From Eledone cirrhosa (taxonomy: Eukaryota): 64,000 nt of DNA. This document shows positions 15,744 through 29,760 of the stretch, piece by piece. A model generated the notes under the pieces. It was not told where the DNA came from and did no database searches. It saw only the letters and a program-made list of their open reading frames with translations. The number at the start of each line of letters is the position of its first letter. Positions within the stretch are counted from its first letter, which is position 1. The translations under genes and the position numbers were made by a program. The stretch lies in contig OZ024743.1 of NCBI GenBank assembly GCA_964016885.1, positions 214,520,001 to 214,584,000 of the forward strand, read 5' to 3'.

Positions 15744-17542
15744 TATATAATTATATATATATATATAATTATTTATTATTTAATACAGAACTGGTTTCTA
15801 CAGAATTAGATCTGCTTCATTCGTATGAAATCACTAGCAGGGATATGGTTAAGTAAACTTTTTTATACAAGTTTAATTATGAATTCGTGTGTGGTTCTTT
15901 CGTTGTGTATCAATTAATGTTTAGGGATATATGAAAAGGGGAACTACATATTTGAAAATGTAATTGAAACAAATATGCACCCATATAATATGCCTTGTAT
16001 TGCATTTAAATTTTTAGAGCAATGTTTATTTAATACGAAATTGTAGTTACGCCACCTCAAAGTTAAACAATGGCGAATACAATATTAATATATAAGGCAT
16101 AATGACATCACCTTTCAAGAGATTCAAACATGTGTGAATTGTGTAATGATTTTCTCTCATCTTCGCATTTCACATTACCTGTAATACAGGTGGGCGTAAT
16201 GTAGCGAATCGTTTATAATGCAAGTGAGAACTTTTCTTTTCGTTTCGAATTATGTTAATATTTGATTACGTTATTATATTTGCCGAAACCCGGACGTATG
16301 CACATGAATTTTCATAGATTTCGGTACAGCATATGGAAGGTGGAAGGTATAGGTTGCACTTTTTTAACGATAAATAATTATTAATTTTTGGGGTGCGACC
16401 TATCCGATCGACATCAGACTGACCAATGATTTTTCATAGACTTAATCAACGTTGGGTATTTATAAAAATAACTTTGTTAATATTTTTTATTATTTAACAT
16501 TATTTAACATAATAATTTCATATATGTACCTTCTTATACATATATTTCTTGATTTTAAATTTTTTACTGAAACTTCGTAGTGTTTACGTTTATTTCTACC
16601 TGACCGATCCATCCGTCATTAAAATCCATAGAAATCAATGCCCGGTATTTAAAATGTGATTTCATTGTCTTAGCGTTGCTATGAACACGTATTGTGACGT
16701 ATTTACTTTAACAGGAAACAGAGTATTGCATGTGGCATTTCTTTTCAAAATTAGCAGTTTTCCGAACAGGTGAATTAATTAAAAATGCAGATACAATCAG
16801 TACAAGGTTTTAGTCTTTCTCTACATTCCAGGCAAATATTTTCATTGAAAAAAATGTATAAAACCTTTAACACCAGTCAAAATAATATTTGCAATGTACT
16901 CTTACACATTGTACGGTGTAAATTTACGTAACAGAATGTTCCCAATATATAAGTTCATTAACAGGTGTGAACATGTATTGGTGTTGTATTTTTTCAACCA
17001 CGTTACTGTAATATTTTCAATGGTGTCCGTCAGATCTTCGCTTTCACTTTCAAAGTAACTATCATAGTCAGAAATAAATACTTCTGATTCATTTGAAGAT
17101 AAATCACTAATATTATCTTGTGTTTCTTTTTCATTTCGGTATACGCTACTTTAGGATGTTGCCATGTTGATACGCAAAACATCTGTTATACTTTCAACGT
17201 GTTATTTCAAGTTGTTTCACTATATTAAAAGTTAATTTTCGCGCTTAAAGGCTTTATCTCGTAGTAATCTCGAATTGACGAGATTTCGATGACGTTAATG
17301 TTTATTTTATAAATAAAACATGGTTTGGAGTATATATCGCAACGATGAAGTAAAGGAAAGCTAACAGATTATTAGTTTCAATTATCATAAACAAGTAGTT
17401 TCACGGCCCATATTTCAGAGCGACCTATTTGCGAGTCAATGGCAAATATCCTATTTTTTAAATGAAAAGTGGGTATGCGACCTATCTACCGGGACGACCT
17501 ATACGGTATATTAGTTTAATGCTTGATATAGCAAGAATAGGG

Positions 17543-17578
17543 TCTTAACGTTTCGGACGCTAGTCTTTCATCAGAAGA
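17543..17578 (-). ncRNA. Minimal hammerhead motif (Penelope type)
   Basis: TCTT CTGATGA AA GAC TAGC GTC C GAAACGTT AAGA. Loopless palindromic helix III. A decayed relative lies at ~24456-24485 (+). Confidence 0.7.
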
Positions 17579-17747
17579 TAGAATGAGGAATAAAATAGAT
17601 TAAGGGGACGGGCGGGATGAAATTTGAAAACATGTCTTTAGATAAAAATAATAGGTCCATTCATATTGACATCTCTTGCAAATCTGTTAGTGCTGGCGAT
17701 TTGTGTATGATTTGGTTTTTAGAAAAGTGGATGATGGTGCGCGTCTA

Positions 17748-18269
<522 letters not shown>

Positions 18270-18408
18270 ATATTTAACTCCGTAATAGCACCACCAACGA
18301 CAAAAACAAAGACGATTGAACTGCTTTACGTTGAGTACTCTCTATATTATTGCATTACGATTGACCATACGGAATAGACCAGCTCTATACAGTGGTGAAC
18401 CTCAAACC

Positions 18409-18460
<52 letters not shown>

Positions 18461-18544
18461 AACGATCGACTTTCGTCAAATCGGACCGAGGGAACAATGT
18501 TTCCGTTGGTCTTTCCAATTGCTAATACTATCTATCGGTCGCAA

Positions 18545-18678
18545 CTCCAGGTAGAAGGAGCAACGTGAAATAAAGTGTCTTGCTCAAGGACATAACGCAT
18601 CGCCTGGTCCAGGAATCGAACTCACAAACTTAGGATTGCGAATCCAATTCTCTAACCACTCAACCACATGCCTTCACA
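18545..18678 (-). mobile_element. tRNA-derived SINE head fragment
   Basis: Minus strand has A-box-like TGGTTGAGTGG, B-box GAGTTCGATTC, then GTCCTTGAGCAAGACACTT. Homologous to 53145-53278. Confidence 0.8.
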
Positions 18679-18740
18679 TATTTATATATATATATATATA
18701 TTTTTCACTTTCCCACGTATATATATATATCTCTCTACAT

Positions 18741-20183
18741 CTAAGGCGGGTAAAATTCCCGAGATCCATGGACGAGTTCTCTCCAGCGGTCTCTGTCCCT
18801 CATTATCGCTGCCATATCCTGCATCTCCAACAGACCAGTGTCTGTCCTTAGGGCATCAACATATGTTAACCTTGGTCTTCCTCTTCTAGTGTGTCCATGT
18901 AGGGGCTCCCAAAGGAGCACTGAGTGCAATGTCAACTCTGGATGTCGGTGAGCATGTCCAGCCAACCTCAGTCTCCTCTGTGTCACTTTTGAGCTGACTT
19001 TTGGGATGCTCCCATACAGCTCTGAGTTTTTCAGCCTCAGTGTATACTGATTAATGTTCAGAGCCATCCTCAGCATTCTCGTGTAGCACCCATCCACCAT
19101 CTGAGTGAGTCTCTTGGTCAGTGTCCAAGTCTCAGACCCATACAGCAGCACAGACTCCACTACAGCAATGAAGAGGCGGGTTTTCAGGTCTCTACGAAGG
19201 TCCGACTTCCACACCGATCTCAAGCTGTGACACGCCGCCCAGGCCTTGCTCTTCCTCTCAACCACATCATCTTCCGTATTCCCAATCCTTGCTCCCAAAT
19301 ACAGGAAGTCCTCAACCAATTCCAGCGGCTTCCCGCCTACATTAGTGATCCCCTCTGGCTTCTCAACATTCTCTACCAGATTTTTTGTTTTAGTCTCATT
19401 CATTCTCAGCCCCACACTCATCGACACAGTCTCAACCTCCCGCATCAAATCCTCTGCCTCCTTCACTGTATTTGTCACCAAAACTATGTCGTCGGCAAAT
19501 TCAGCATCCGATACCTTTTTCGCCCCAACTCTCCTGCTCTGAGCCGGTGCTACAGTAAAGCCAGTGTCCTGGTGTTTCTCCAGTGCAAGGCGCATACAAT
19601 AGTCCACTACGATGATAAACAGGTAGGGAGCCAATGTATCTCCCTGGAGCACTCCAGCCAGTATCTCAAAGAACTCTGTCATCCCATGAGGTGTAATGAC
19701 TTGGGCTTTGGTGTTGGTGTAGAGCAGTGATATCAGGTTCACTATCCTCTTGGGGATTCCATAAGCCTGTAAGATCTTCATCAGGCAGTAACGCTCCACA
19801 GAATCAAAGGCCTTCCTAAAGTCAATGAAAACCATGACCGCAGGAAGGCACTTTGCTCTAGCTCCCTCTAATATCCTCCTCAGCATCAGGATGTGACTGG
19901 TGGTTGATCTACCCTCTCTGAAGCCGTTCTGGTTGTCCCTGAGCTTCTTCTCCATCTCAGGCTGGATCCTGTTAAGAATCATCCTGTTGAGGGTCTTTGC
20001 CACAAGTGACGTCAGTGAGATCCCCCGGTAGTTGTTGGTTTTAGAGAGATCTCCCTTCTTTGGCACTGGGACGATGTTACTGATCCTCCACTGATTCGGG
20101 GCAACTCCTTTCTCCAGTGCCCCGTTACAGAACCCCAGGATGATATCATCAAAATCACACCTCTTCATCACCTCTGATGCCAC
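18741..20183 (-). CDS. RTE ORF, reverse transcriptase half
   Basis: [70 protein letters not shown]. Confidence 0.93.
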   Translation of the reverse strand: MASEVMKRCDFDDIILGFCNGALEKGVAPNQWRISNIVPVPKKGDLSKTNNYRGISLTSLVAKTLNRMILNRIQPEMEKKLRDNQNGFREGRSTTSHILMLRRILEGARAKCLPAVMVFIDFRKAFDSVERYCLMKILQAYGIPKRIVNLISLLYTNTKAQVITPHGMTEFFEILAGVLQGDTLAPYLFIIVVDYCMRLALEKHQDTGFTVAPAQSRRVGAKKVSDAEFADDIVLVTNTVKEAEDLMREVETVSMSVGLRMNETKTKNLVENVEKPEGITNVGGKPLELVEDFLYLGARIGNTEDDVVERKSKAWAACHSLRSVWKSDLRRDLKTRLFIAVVESVLLYGSETWTLTKRLTQMVDGCYTRMLRMALNINQYTLRLKNSELYGSIPKVSSKVTQRRLRLAGHAHRHPELTLHSVLLWEPLHGHTRRGRPRLTYVDALRTDTGLLEMQDMAAIMRDRDRWRELVHGSREFYPP

Positions 20184-21621
20184 TCCATCTTCTCCATGAG
20201 CCTTGCCCTCCTTGATCTTCTTCTTGGCTCTCTGACCCAGTGCTCTGGGCTGTGGAGGGTGGCTCTCCTAGTAGGGTCCTAAAATGGTCTAGCCATTTCC
20301 TCTTCCTATCCTCGGGCCCCGTTCCCTGGATCTGACTCGAACACCTTTTCTTCCTCCCTGTGATCTCGTTGATGATCATCCAGCTCTCCTTACATCCAGA
20401 TCTGTCAACCGCTCTCTCCACACTTCTGATCTTCTCTATCAGTGCCTCCTCTCTGACCTCAGTGTAAGCGGTACAGAGCTCTTCCCTCATCACCTCCACA
20501 GTCTCCATCCTCTCCTCAGAAGGATCAGCATAGAATTGGTCCCTGGCAGCTTTCAGGTGTTCTCTGGCTGCACACACTTTTGGGTTTGCAGAGCTGACGT
20601 GCTTCCCTTTGTTCTTTTTCCTCGGCACCAGGGTTTCACTTGCTTTCGCCACTGCATTGGTGAAGTGCCCGTACCTCCTCGTCACACTCTCCCCAGTCCA
20701 TCCAATCTCTCTCTCCTCTGACTCTCCACACAGAGCACTAAACCTGTTTCTCACTTCCACTGTGAACCTCTCCTGTAGCTTATCATCTTCCTTGAAAGCT
20801 CCCCAGTCATAGATTGTTCTCCGGGGCTGAGCCTTGCTCTTTCTTAAGCTCACGCGGACCTCACTCATAACAAGCCGGTGGTCACTACCCAGTGTACTGA
20901 AATAGCTGTATGGTTCCGTGTTCAGAACACTATTCCGCCACTTTTTCCTCACCAGAATGAAATCAATCTGGGACTTGGACAGGTGCATATCTGAGATGTA
21001 GGTCCACATCTTCCCCAGATTCTTCCTAAACCCTAGGTTGGTCGCCATCAAGTTCGCCTCCAGCAGGGTGTCTCTCAGTAGTCTTCTATTTCGGTTGGTG
21101 TTGTTATGGAAGTACCAGCAAGGATCTTCACTGCCCTCCTTACTCAGATGTGCATTGAAGTCCCCCAAAACAAGCAGGATATTGTGTGCTTGAGTGGTGT
21201 TGACAGCTCTACACACCTCCTCATGGAACTCCTCGGCATTCACATCACTGTCCCCCTCGGTTGGACTATAGGCTGAGATGACTGTCAGTCTTGGGTTTCC
21301 ATTGAAGGTCACCCTCAACACTCGCGGGGAGATAGGCATTATTTCCCTCACCAACAGATTGTTTTTTGCACTGAACACAAAACCCACTCCTCCTACTGCA
21401 GCATTTGTTGTGTTCTTCACTGCCGATGTAGTGATGAGCTGGCTCTTCCTCCCGATCATCACACTCCTCACGGGTTCATTGTGTAGAATCCTCTGTTCTT
21501 GGATCGCAAGTATCTGTATACCACTCTCCTCGAACAGATGTCCCAACTCCTCTCTCTTCTCCAGCGTTCGAATAGTCCTCACATTCAAAGTGCCCATTTT
21601 GATGGCTCTTCTGAAGGACAA
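20155..21621 (-). CDS. RTE ORF, apurinic-like endonuclease half (goes out of frame at ~20232)
   Basis: GTLNVRT, ILAIQEQR, ISAYSPT, LGDFNAH, QIDFILV, SDHRLV = APE motifs. Confidence 0.88.
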   Translation of the reverse strand: MSFRRAIKMGTLNVRTIRTLEKREELGHLFEESGIQILAIQEQRILHNEPVRSVMIGRKSQLITTSAVKNTTNAAVGGVGFVFSAKNNLLVREIMPISPRVLRVTFNGNPRLTVISAYSPTEGDSDVNAEEFHEEVCRAVNTTQAHNILLVLGDFNAHLSKEGSEDPCWYFHNNTNRNRRLLRDTLLEANLMATNLGFRKNLGKMWTYISDMHLSKSQIDFILVRKKWRNSVLNTEPYSYFSTLGSDHRLVMSEVRVSLRKSKAQPRRTIYDWGAFKEDDKLQERFTVEVRNRFSALCGESEEREIGWTGESVTRRYGHFTNAVAKASETLVPRKKNKGKHVSSANPKVCAAREHLKAARDQFYADPSEERMETVEVMREELCTAYTEVREEALIEKIRSVERAVDRSGCKESWMIINEITGRKKRCSSQIQGTGPEDRKRKWLDHFRTLLGEPPSTAQSTGSESQEEDQGGQGSWRRWSGIRGDEEV

Positions 21622-21996
21622 AACTGCATTCTTTGTCCTGGGTATGACATTAAACTGGGTATGACATTAAACTACATCCAGTGGCAAGGCTCCAGTTCGG
21701 GAGTTCAGGAGATGTGGGGAATGTGGAGTTACCCCTTAGTTGTCATGACTCCCAGGTCTGCCCTGGCCCGGGGTGGTAGTACCTGTTAGGGCTCCATTTA
21801 TGGGTTAAATAACTACCTTATTCGAGTGGCGCCGATAAGGTATTGTCAGCCATTGAAAATAAATATGTAGAGTCGATCTAACAGCACTAGGGTTAGAGCC
21901 CCTAATTACACTGTCAAGGAGCAGCCTGGTCGTTATGACTCTGCTGGCTTAGAGCCACAGAGAGGGCCAGTGGATGATGGATCAGCTGTCTCTGAG

Positions 21997-22035
<39 letters not shown>

Positions 22036-22182
22036 CTAGATGGAGTACGAAAAAACAAGTGGAGAATTGGAGAAGATGAACACATATTCATAGTGGAAGT
22101 TACATAATGTGTGACGAAAGAACTCTGATAAAATAACTAATAATTATAAAGTTGAGGTGAATGAAGTGAAAAACAATACTGC

Positions 22183-22242
<60 letters not shown>

Positions 22243-25200
22243 CTGTGTATGTATCATATATATATATGTGTAAAGTTGGTCAGCAATAGATTTTACTTCT
22301 CGATAAAAAGATAGTTAAGTGTCTAATTTAGACAATCTTATAAAAATTGAAATATCTCAAATAAAATTACAGGTTATAATATAGGTCAGGTCCCGGTAAA
22401 GTAATTAGAAAGTATAATAATAACATCACAAATATCTGATAAACACCCGAAAGCTCAATAAGTGTCCCCCTTCCTACAGCTAGCCGAGGAAAAGAAGAAC
22501 ATTGATCATGTCTCTCTATATTTTCAAGTTTCATTTACGTATCATCATAGTAACATATGATTGTTACATTTTATATTTAACTTTTGCAACTGAATATATC
22601 CACCATTCTCTCCAGAATGGGAAGTATATAATGGAGGGAACCGTGAATAATGCTCTGATCTCATATGTAGATCAAAAGGTTTTTTGTTCAAAATAATATT
22701 GCATGATCTCTTTTGTTTGGTATAATAGCAGCAGCCACATACTTATTTTGACCATTGAATCTTCTCTCCTACCCCAATCAGGATCAATAAAAGTAAGCAC
22801 TGTTGGATTGTTTTGAAGTAAACGTTTTGTATGTCAAATAGTAGCAATAATCGGGTATCTTGTTTCAGTACGTTCACTAGTAATACAACAATGTCATGTC
22901 GAATTCCTTTATTCTTGAGTGTACTGATTCCGAAATCCATTGTCTTTAGGGTCCTTAAAATAAATGTGGCACTAATGCGTTTCTTGATTTATGCCTGTAA
23001 TCAATCGTCTGATAATGATGCATATAGCCGTGATTGACAGCAGATGTATTCCATTATTTTCTTCGGAGGTATGATTTCTTTGCCTGCAAATGATATCATT
23101 TTGAAAAAGATTGATACTGTCTGGTGCTTTTCCCCTAGCTCCTTTTCAATAGTTTCATCATTATTGTATACTTTGATTAGCTCATCGGGTGGAGTTTGTA
23201 AATGCAGCATAAAGTGTTATTTTCTACAAGGGTTAGGAATACATGACGTTGAGTTCAAAATTCGTTCATCCCAGTATATTAGCAAAACAAAAAAAAATAA
23301 AGTACTTCACCTTTCTTCTGATGTCCTTACTATTGTTTGTATTTTGATGTTACCGTGGAGACGTGTGGCCACAATCTCTTCCGCTCTTCCGCTCTGCTTC
23401 TTTGCCTCAAATTCTGGATATATACATTTATTTCCCCTTTTCTTCCTGTGTAGCATTACTCTATTAGCCTGGATGTATGCATTACACATCTCATAATTTC
23501 TTGTTCTATATCCGTCCTTTCCGTTTTCTAACGATGTTTGAACTAATTTGTAACCAGCATAATTTACTTCCCATTAAACAAAGCAAGGATAATTTAAATC
23601 TTATGTTATCATTAAAACTGAAGAAATATTTCAACCTTGAAATTTAAATAATCTACCATTAAATTTATCTAAAATTTAAACGATTCCCAAAAATTCTTGA
23701 GAAAAAGTTAAATGTTGAAATGAAAATTATCCTTTTTTAATGTGTGTCTACTTGAAGCTGCGTATGTGGAAGTGTTCGAGTGTGTAAGTCTCTACGATTG
23801 GAACTACTTTTTTCTCTTCTCATATTACGACATTAGAAAATCCTTGAAAATATGTCAGATTAAAATGTAACAGCCGAAATGGATTATTTTGATGTTGTAT
23901 GTTTCCATTAGTAATTTAACGTGTGTAGGTTTGAAAGGTAATTTTAATTTATGTATGCGTATAGATCATGGAAAAAGTGCTTGTGTGTGTACTTGCGCCT
24001 TTGTCTTTTTTTGTGTCTGTTTGTTTGTGACGGAAAGCTTTAGAACTATCGCTATTGCTGCCAGAAATGTTTTCTGTATTCTTTTATATAATGAAAATAT
24101 AATCATTTGTTGAAAATTAATAACACTTTTAATGCAAAATGCATGTGTTTAATACTACATAAATCAAAAGTTTGTCTATGTACAATGGACTGTTTGAACT
24201 ACAATAGTTTTGAAATAGAAAATACAAACAATAACTTTTCTCTCTCTCTTTCTCACTTTCTTTCTCTCACTCTCTTTCTCTCTCACTCTCTCTCTCTCTC
24301 TCTCTCTCTCTATTTCTCTCTCTCAATCTCTCTCTCTCTCTGTCTTTCTCTTTCTATCTTGCTTCTCGCATCCTTATCTTAAAAAGGTCTCTTTTGTTTC
24401 CAACATTCCGACTTCCGCTTTTCTAACCTCCTGTTTCTTGGAACTTTGGTTTTGGCCGATGAAGGACTAATGTCCAATACCTTGAAAATGTATTTATGTA
24501 TTTCTCTTCATTTCCAAGCGTGAGAATAACGAGACCTTTTATTTGGATATCTGTATTTGTATTCTCTATTCTTGAGCTAGAGGTATCTATGGAGAGAGAA
24601 TTATATACAGATATCTAACGAATTGGATAACTGTGGAGAAACGTATTGAATGACTGTGAGGAATACATATAATATATAACGTAAATGTCATTATTGCATT
24701 TTAGCATTATGCCTAGAGATAATGGTGGATTATAATCGCACGGATGCAAAGAAATATATAACTTTTGATACTTATATAAAGCAAAGATAAACTTTGAGGA
24801 AAACTAGATTATAATTCTTCCCGGAGGAAATGATTAAAAATGCAACGTATTTCTAATAAATAATAGAATAAAATATTAAGGTACGTTTACATGAAGAAGC
24901 CACATAGCAGTACATACGAACATATATGTACATCATAAGACGAATATAGATAGAGATTTATGCATTATTGATGAAATAATTATACGTTAGTCATACAAAT
25001 GTCAATATGTCAATATCGAGATACATAAGACCAACATAAACGCCCACAATTGCACACACACTCACATACACACACACATACACACACATACATACACACA
25101 CACACATAGACACACACACACACACACACACACAGAGTCACACCCACAGCCGGTGAATGTGATGAACTTATATTTCTATATATAGAGAACAGGGTTAAAT

Positions 25201-25764
25201 GAGACTGTGTAATTGTGTATATGATGTATCTTAATTAGCTTCCGATATGTCGCTAATAATATACAAATTAGGACGTCCCATTTAGCATACTACAATAAGT
25301 TATATTAAATACATACCCCACGATTATGTATTTTGTTTTGGTTGTTTACACGGTATACATCCCTTCTCATAAAAAAGAGCAACCAGGTTTTGTTTTAATT
25401 TTACTTGCAAATAGCTATAACTATCATGTGTATATGACTATTAACTAAAGATGTGTGAATTTATATCCTAAATATTTTGTACCATTTTTCTGCATATATA
25501 AATATATAAATAAATAGGTTATTGCATGTTTTTGTCAGTTATAAATTAAACAATTAAAACCCTAGCGTTATTGTTGATAACCAGTTTCAAAGTATTGAGA
25601 AAGAAACATGTAAAATGATTAATCCTTGTAAGGCCTAAGCTGAAATGTGGTTGTGTATCTTCTGATGGTTCTCGCATATATCTCGTATTTCGATACTGTA
25701 TATGCCTCAGATATATTTCCGATGTGTCCATGTTGAACTTTCGTTTCACAGACTTTAAAAAAAG

Positions 25765-25895
25765 TGGTGTATTGGCAGTATCCGTAGAACGTACATTTTT
25801 ATCGATCTCGAAAGTTGGCCTCGGCGGGATTTGAAATCTGAGAGCAAAGAGTAGAAACGAATAACACTAGATATCTGCCAATTCACCACCTTAGT
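25765..25895 (-). mobile_element. Decayed octopus-type tRNA-derived SINE fragment
   Basis: TTTATCGATCTCGAA...CCTCGGCGGGATTTGAA...GCCAATTCACCACC; same family as 32560-33095. Confidence 0.6.
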
Positions 25896-28800
25896 AAAGT
25901 ATTTACTACGAGGTAGAAAAACCTATTATTTTGATATATTATATATATATTTATCAGTTTTCGAAATATAGAAATAACTATCCAAATTACTAATGTGCTT
26001 ATTATTTGTAAAGAAAAAACACCTTTATTTACTTAAAATCCTTAGTTATTAAATATAGAATCACTGGACATACATATGTGCGTATGATGTATGTTTATAT
26101 ACAGCTGTGTGTGTGCATCCAAAAACAATATCTCATCCTTCCATCTCTCTCCCTCTCTCTGTAGTTCTCTCTGCGTCTCCCCGTCTAAAAACTTGCTTTT
26201 GTTTTTGTCACTCTATATTTCTTTCTCTTCCTTGCAATTACCCCCTGTCCACTTCTTCCTTTCTTTTCCCCTGTGTCTATATTCTCTTCCCTCTTTCTCT
26301 CTATATCTGACTCTCTCCGTTTCCTTGTGTTTCTTATCCAATCCTTTCCTCCCTGTGTCGATATTCCATTCTCACCTGTTATCAACCCCCTCAATTATCT
26401 CACTCTCTCCTTGTAACCCTCTCATGACTTCTTATAAGATACCATATACTCACCGCGATATAGAACTGATTAAAAAAGACAATGCCTATAAAACCAACGG
26501 AACTGGAAAACGGATGACGTACAGACAATGCTTACAACCTGTATTTCAGTCGATGTTTCCGTGACAAACAAACTATTTGTAGAGATCATTAAGAGCTAAA
26601 GATGTTATAGAAATATGACGCAAATAGAGCGAAAAGAGAATGACATTATGTGCGTCGATACCTTCATAAGACCACAAGAAGTATACCAAAGAAAAAGAAA
26701 TAGAAAAATAACAAGGCTCAAGGAGCCCGGGGAATCCAGGAAAAACCTGGAAGCCGCCGTGTATGAGATAGTCTGGAATGCAGAGATTGGCAATAGAAAC
26801 AAGCCAACCAAGTGAGCGAAATGAAATACAAGAACGCATTAAAGATAAATAAAGAACCACCATGCAGATCGCAGGATGAAATAAACAAACAAACAGGCAG
26901 ACTGTGAAGAATGAACAAGTGTTAATCAAAAGAAAACCACAACTAGGAGAAATAAAGGCCTGGGAGAAAGAGAACTCAAATGGCCTTTGAGTGTTTCAGG
27001 GCTGGACCCTCATGGCAAGAAGAAGTAGTAGAAACAGGATGCAGACCCGATGTCTGCTGCGCTCAATGTGCTCATCTCAAATACACCGACCGAAATCAGC
27101 ATGGGGATACAGAACCGAGCAAATGGTCACTCACCAAGAAATATTCCAATTTTGCATGTACAGCCCCGATGAAAAGGGGGCAGTGTGCAGAAGCAGTACA
27201 GGCTGTAGCAAATGAGTAAAAGTCTGTTTTAGACATGGCAAATCATATCGTACGATAATTAACGAGGCTACATCAGATAAAAAGCCAAAGCCATTCGCAC
27301 AAACATTCGTAACCACTTTAGATAATGACCCAAAGCAGCCAACACTTATTCCAACCCAAATGTTATATGATCGGCCACTAATAACACACGAAATGTCCCA
27401 CTATTGCTACTGGTATATCTAAGTGGCTTGCTAATTCTTAAAAATCTGAGTGAAATAACTTGACAGAGAGATCTAGGCACAATCACACTAACTGAATCAT
27501 ACATCACAACTGAAGACGTCAATATGCAACCTTAGCATTTCATGACAACACAAACTATATGCTTCAAGTTTCCCCCGCACCTAAGGTCAACTGTCACCAC
27601 AATATTAATCCCCGAAAGAGAAAACAAAAACTCTTCTGAATCAGTTAAATATCGAGAAGGAATCCCATTGAAGGAGGCACTGTTTGTAATTCAGATTTCA
27701 CCATAAAATGGTGTGAGGAGCAAGAGAAGCCAGAGCTATAGAAAAAACTTAAGAAAACAACTGACTTTCCTTAATTTCACAAATTACTCACTGTCCACAA
27801 AAAGAAAATTGAGCTACTGAACCAATGAAACATCTTTCCACTACTACTCTTAAATACTAGACGTAATAAAGAAAATGTTCTCGTTGATATATATGAAACA
27901 GCTGAACTTGAGTACCGAAACCGAATTGTATGTTAACACTTCGAATTGAAATGTAATCGAATGCACGTCTGGTGTATTTAATGATCCTGAAAATACAATC
28001 TATATTCGTATCAATGTTTCTAATATGTATGTAAACAATATATCCGGGGTATTTCTTAACGATCTATGATACGTCGAACATACACTTAATATTTTATCCA
28101 ATACATCTGGTACATATATCAAATAAAACCTGTCGCAATGCTCAATTGTTGTAACATTATGTGCATTAATCTGTTTGTTTCACGCATGTGTATAATGCAC
28201 ATGCATCTGTAATCCTATCAAAGCTGCTAGCTAATGTTTCTGGGTGAAAAATATCATTTTTATTTTCTTCATAAACATAAATAAATCAGGATTATTGATC
28301 TGTTCGGAAATCTTTTACAAATATAACGAACAGACGTAGAATAATCTGTACATCACTCCTTATTATGAAAAAAATATCCTTATATCTTTACCAAATGTAC
28401 GTGTATAATCTACCAATTAATATACATTGTGTAGGTGGAAGCATTACAGAAACCATTATAGATAAGTTAGTTTAATTCAATTGTCTTCGAATACCGTCTA
28501 GATTCTCGTATACAATTTATTGAATATGTCCCTCTACCAGTAATATATAAAGACGTGTACATGTGTGGTTGTGTATATTTCGGGAAATATAGAAAAAATA
28601 TATTTTGCGTTATGTCATTCGGAATGTTTAATTAAAATCATTTCCTCAAAATGTTAATTGATTTACGTTATATGATATAAAACGTGACATGTTATTTTCT
28701 ACATCTTTCTTCAAATGTTATCCTTTCTTTTCTAAAGCAATATTTATTGCAGCGATTTGAGTTTACATGTTCATTTGCAAAACGCCTACGGTGAAATTCA

Positions 28801-28959
28801 TGATTCGTAAAAGAAGCTGTAGTTAAATGTATGCTTAATGATATTTGTCTATCCATACGTTGTTATAGAAAGTCTTCACATGAATTTGCACTAACGAAGA
28901 AGATGGGTGGTAACTACATCTATGTTTTGAGCATTGCCTTTAATATCTCTTGACAGTCG

Positions 28960-29085
28960 CACACAATTAACAAGATCTTATCTGGCCGTATTCTGAGAAT
29001 TTCAATGGCTATAAAAAAGGGGCGTCTAGCTCTTGTGGCACATGTAATGAGACACGGTGAAGCTGGGGGAGTACTCTTATGGTCA
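28960..29085 (+). pseudogene. Old RTE LINE 3' remnant
   Basis: Translates LSGRILRISMAIKKGRLALVAHVMRHGEAGGVLLW, comparable to RRLRLAGHAHRHPE...VLLW of the intact RTE. Confidence 0.6.
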
Positions 29086-29429
29086 CTCGATGTCATTCGT
29101 AAAATCGCTCAGTATGTAAATTAAGCTAATCAGCTGATGTAAAAGAACTTTGAGAATACTACGTATGCTCAACAATTCCCTCGGGCAGCAGAACGAGATA
29201 ATACATAGTCTTGATAATGGGCTATAACTCTGAAACAAGGGTAGACTATGAGGCTGTTTGCTTGCAATAATGAGAGAAATAGGTAGTTTAATATATTCTC
29301 TTACAAAATGACATTGCCTACAGCTTCGTATGATGAAAACACAGTATGTAACTATAATGACCCTACAAGTAACAGTAGACTTGCAAACCGATATTGACGT
29401 ATTACCATAATCATAAACCTAACAATTAT

Positions 29430-29760
29430 TAGTCGCCTGAAAGATTCATAGGCTGACCAAAATAATCTGATGGAATGTGACCAATGAGTTTATTTCTCAT
29501 ACATTTTTCCATTGTTCAACGCACTTCGTCTATCACTATTGCAGTGATTGTATTCCATTGGTGAAGAAGCTTTCATCAAGTCATTAACATTGCATATAAC
29601 GTCATGATTTCTGCGATACTGCTTCGCAGTAAAAATAGCACCACAGGTGAGCGCGTACATGCATAGTAATTCTGCGTTATCTTTGTGAGGTAATGAACCA
29701 CATAACACACGGAAAATTTCTTTCTGTACGGTTCTGAACTAATTTCTCTATGATTCTCCA
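29430..29760 (-). mobile_element. Mariner transposase 3' remnant with decayed TIR
   Basis: Decayed HKDNA and FFTNGIQSL..KCVE..EK* motifs. TTCATAGGCTGAC is shared with the TIR at 56690. Confidence 0.6.

Larger units (their letters stand above)
18738..22000 (-). mobile_element. Near full-length RTE-clade LINE (~3.3 kb) inserted in (TA)n
   Basis: APE + RT coding region, ~380 bp 5' UTR, essentially no 3' UTR, TA runs on both sides. Confidence 0.95.

Noticed and set aside
16380-17510. pogo/Tigger-like subterminal motifs (GCGACCTAT...TACGGTA) and an acidic piggyBac-like N-terminal patch
   Set aside because: No matching opposite TIR or catalytic motif could be identified; too decayed to call.
18590-18678. 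tRNA gene (also 53195-53278)
   Set aside because: A/B boxes run into a SINE body, the cloverleaf is degenerate, and the sequence is multi-copy.
19227-19730. Antisense ORFs over the LINEs and the hAT gene (also 41795-42520, 987-1475)
   Set aside because: Shadow frames of the opposite-strand transposon coding sequence.
21890-22000. HDV-like ribozyme at the RTE 5' end
   Set aside because: Only a GCC/GGC P3-like hairpin was found; I could not build consistent P1, P2 and J4/2 by eye.
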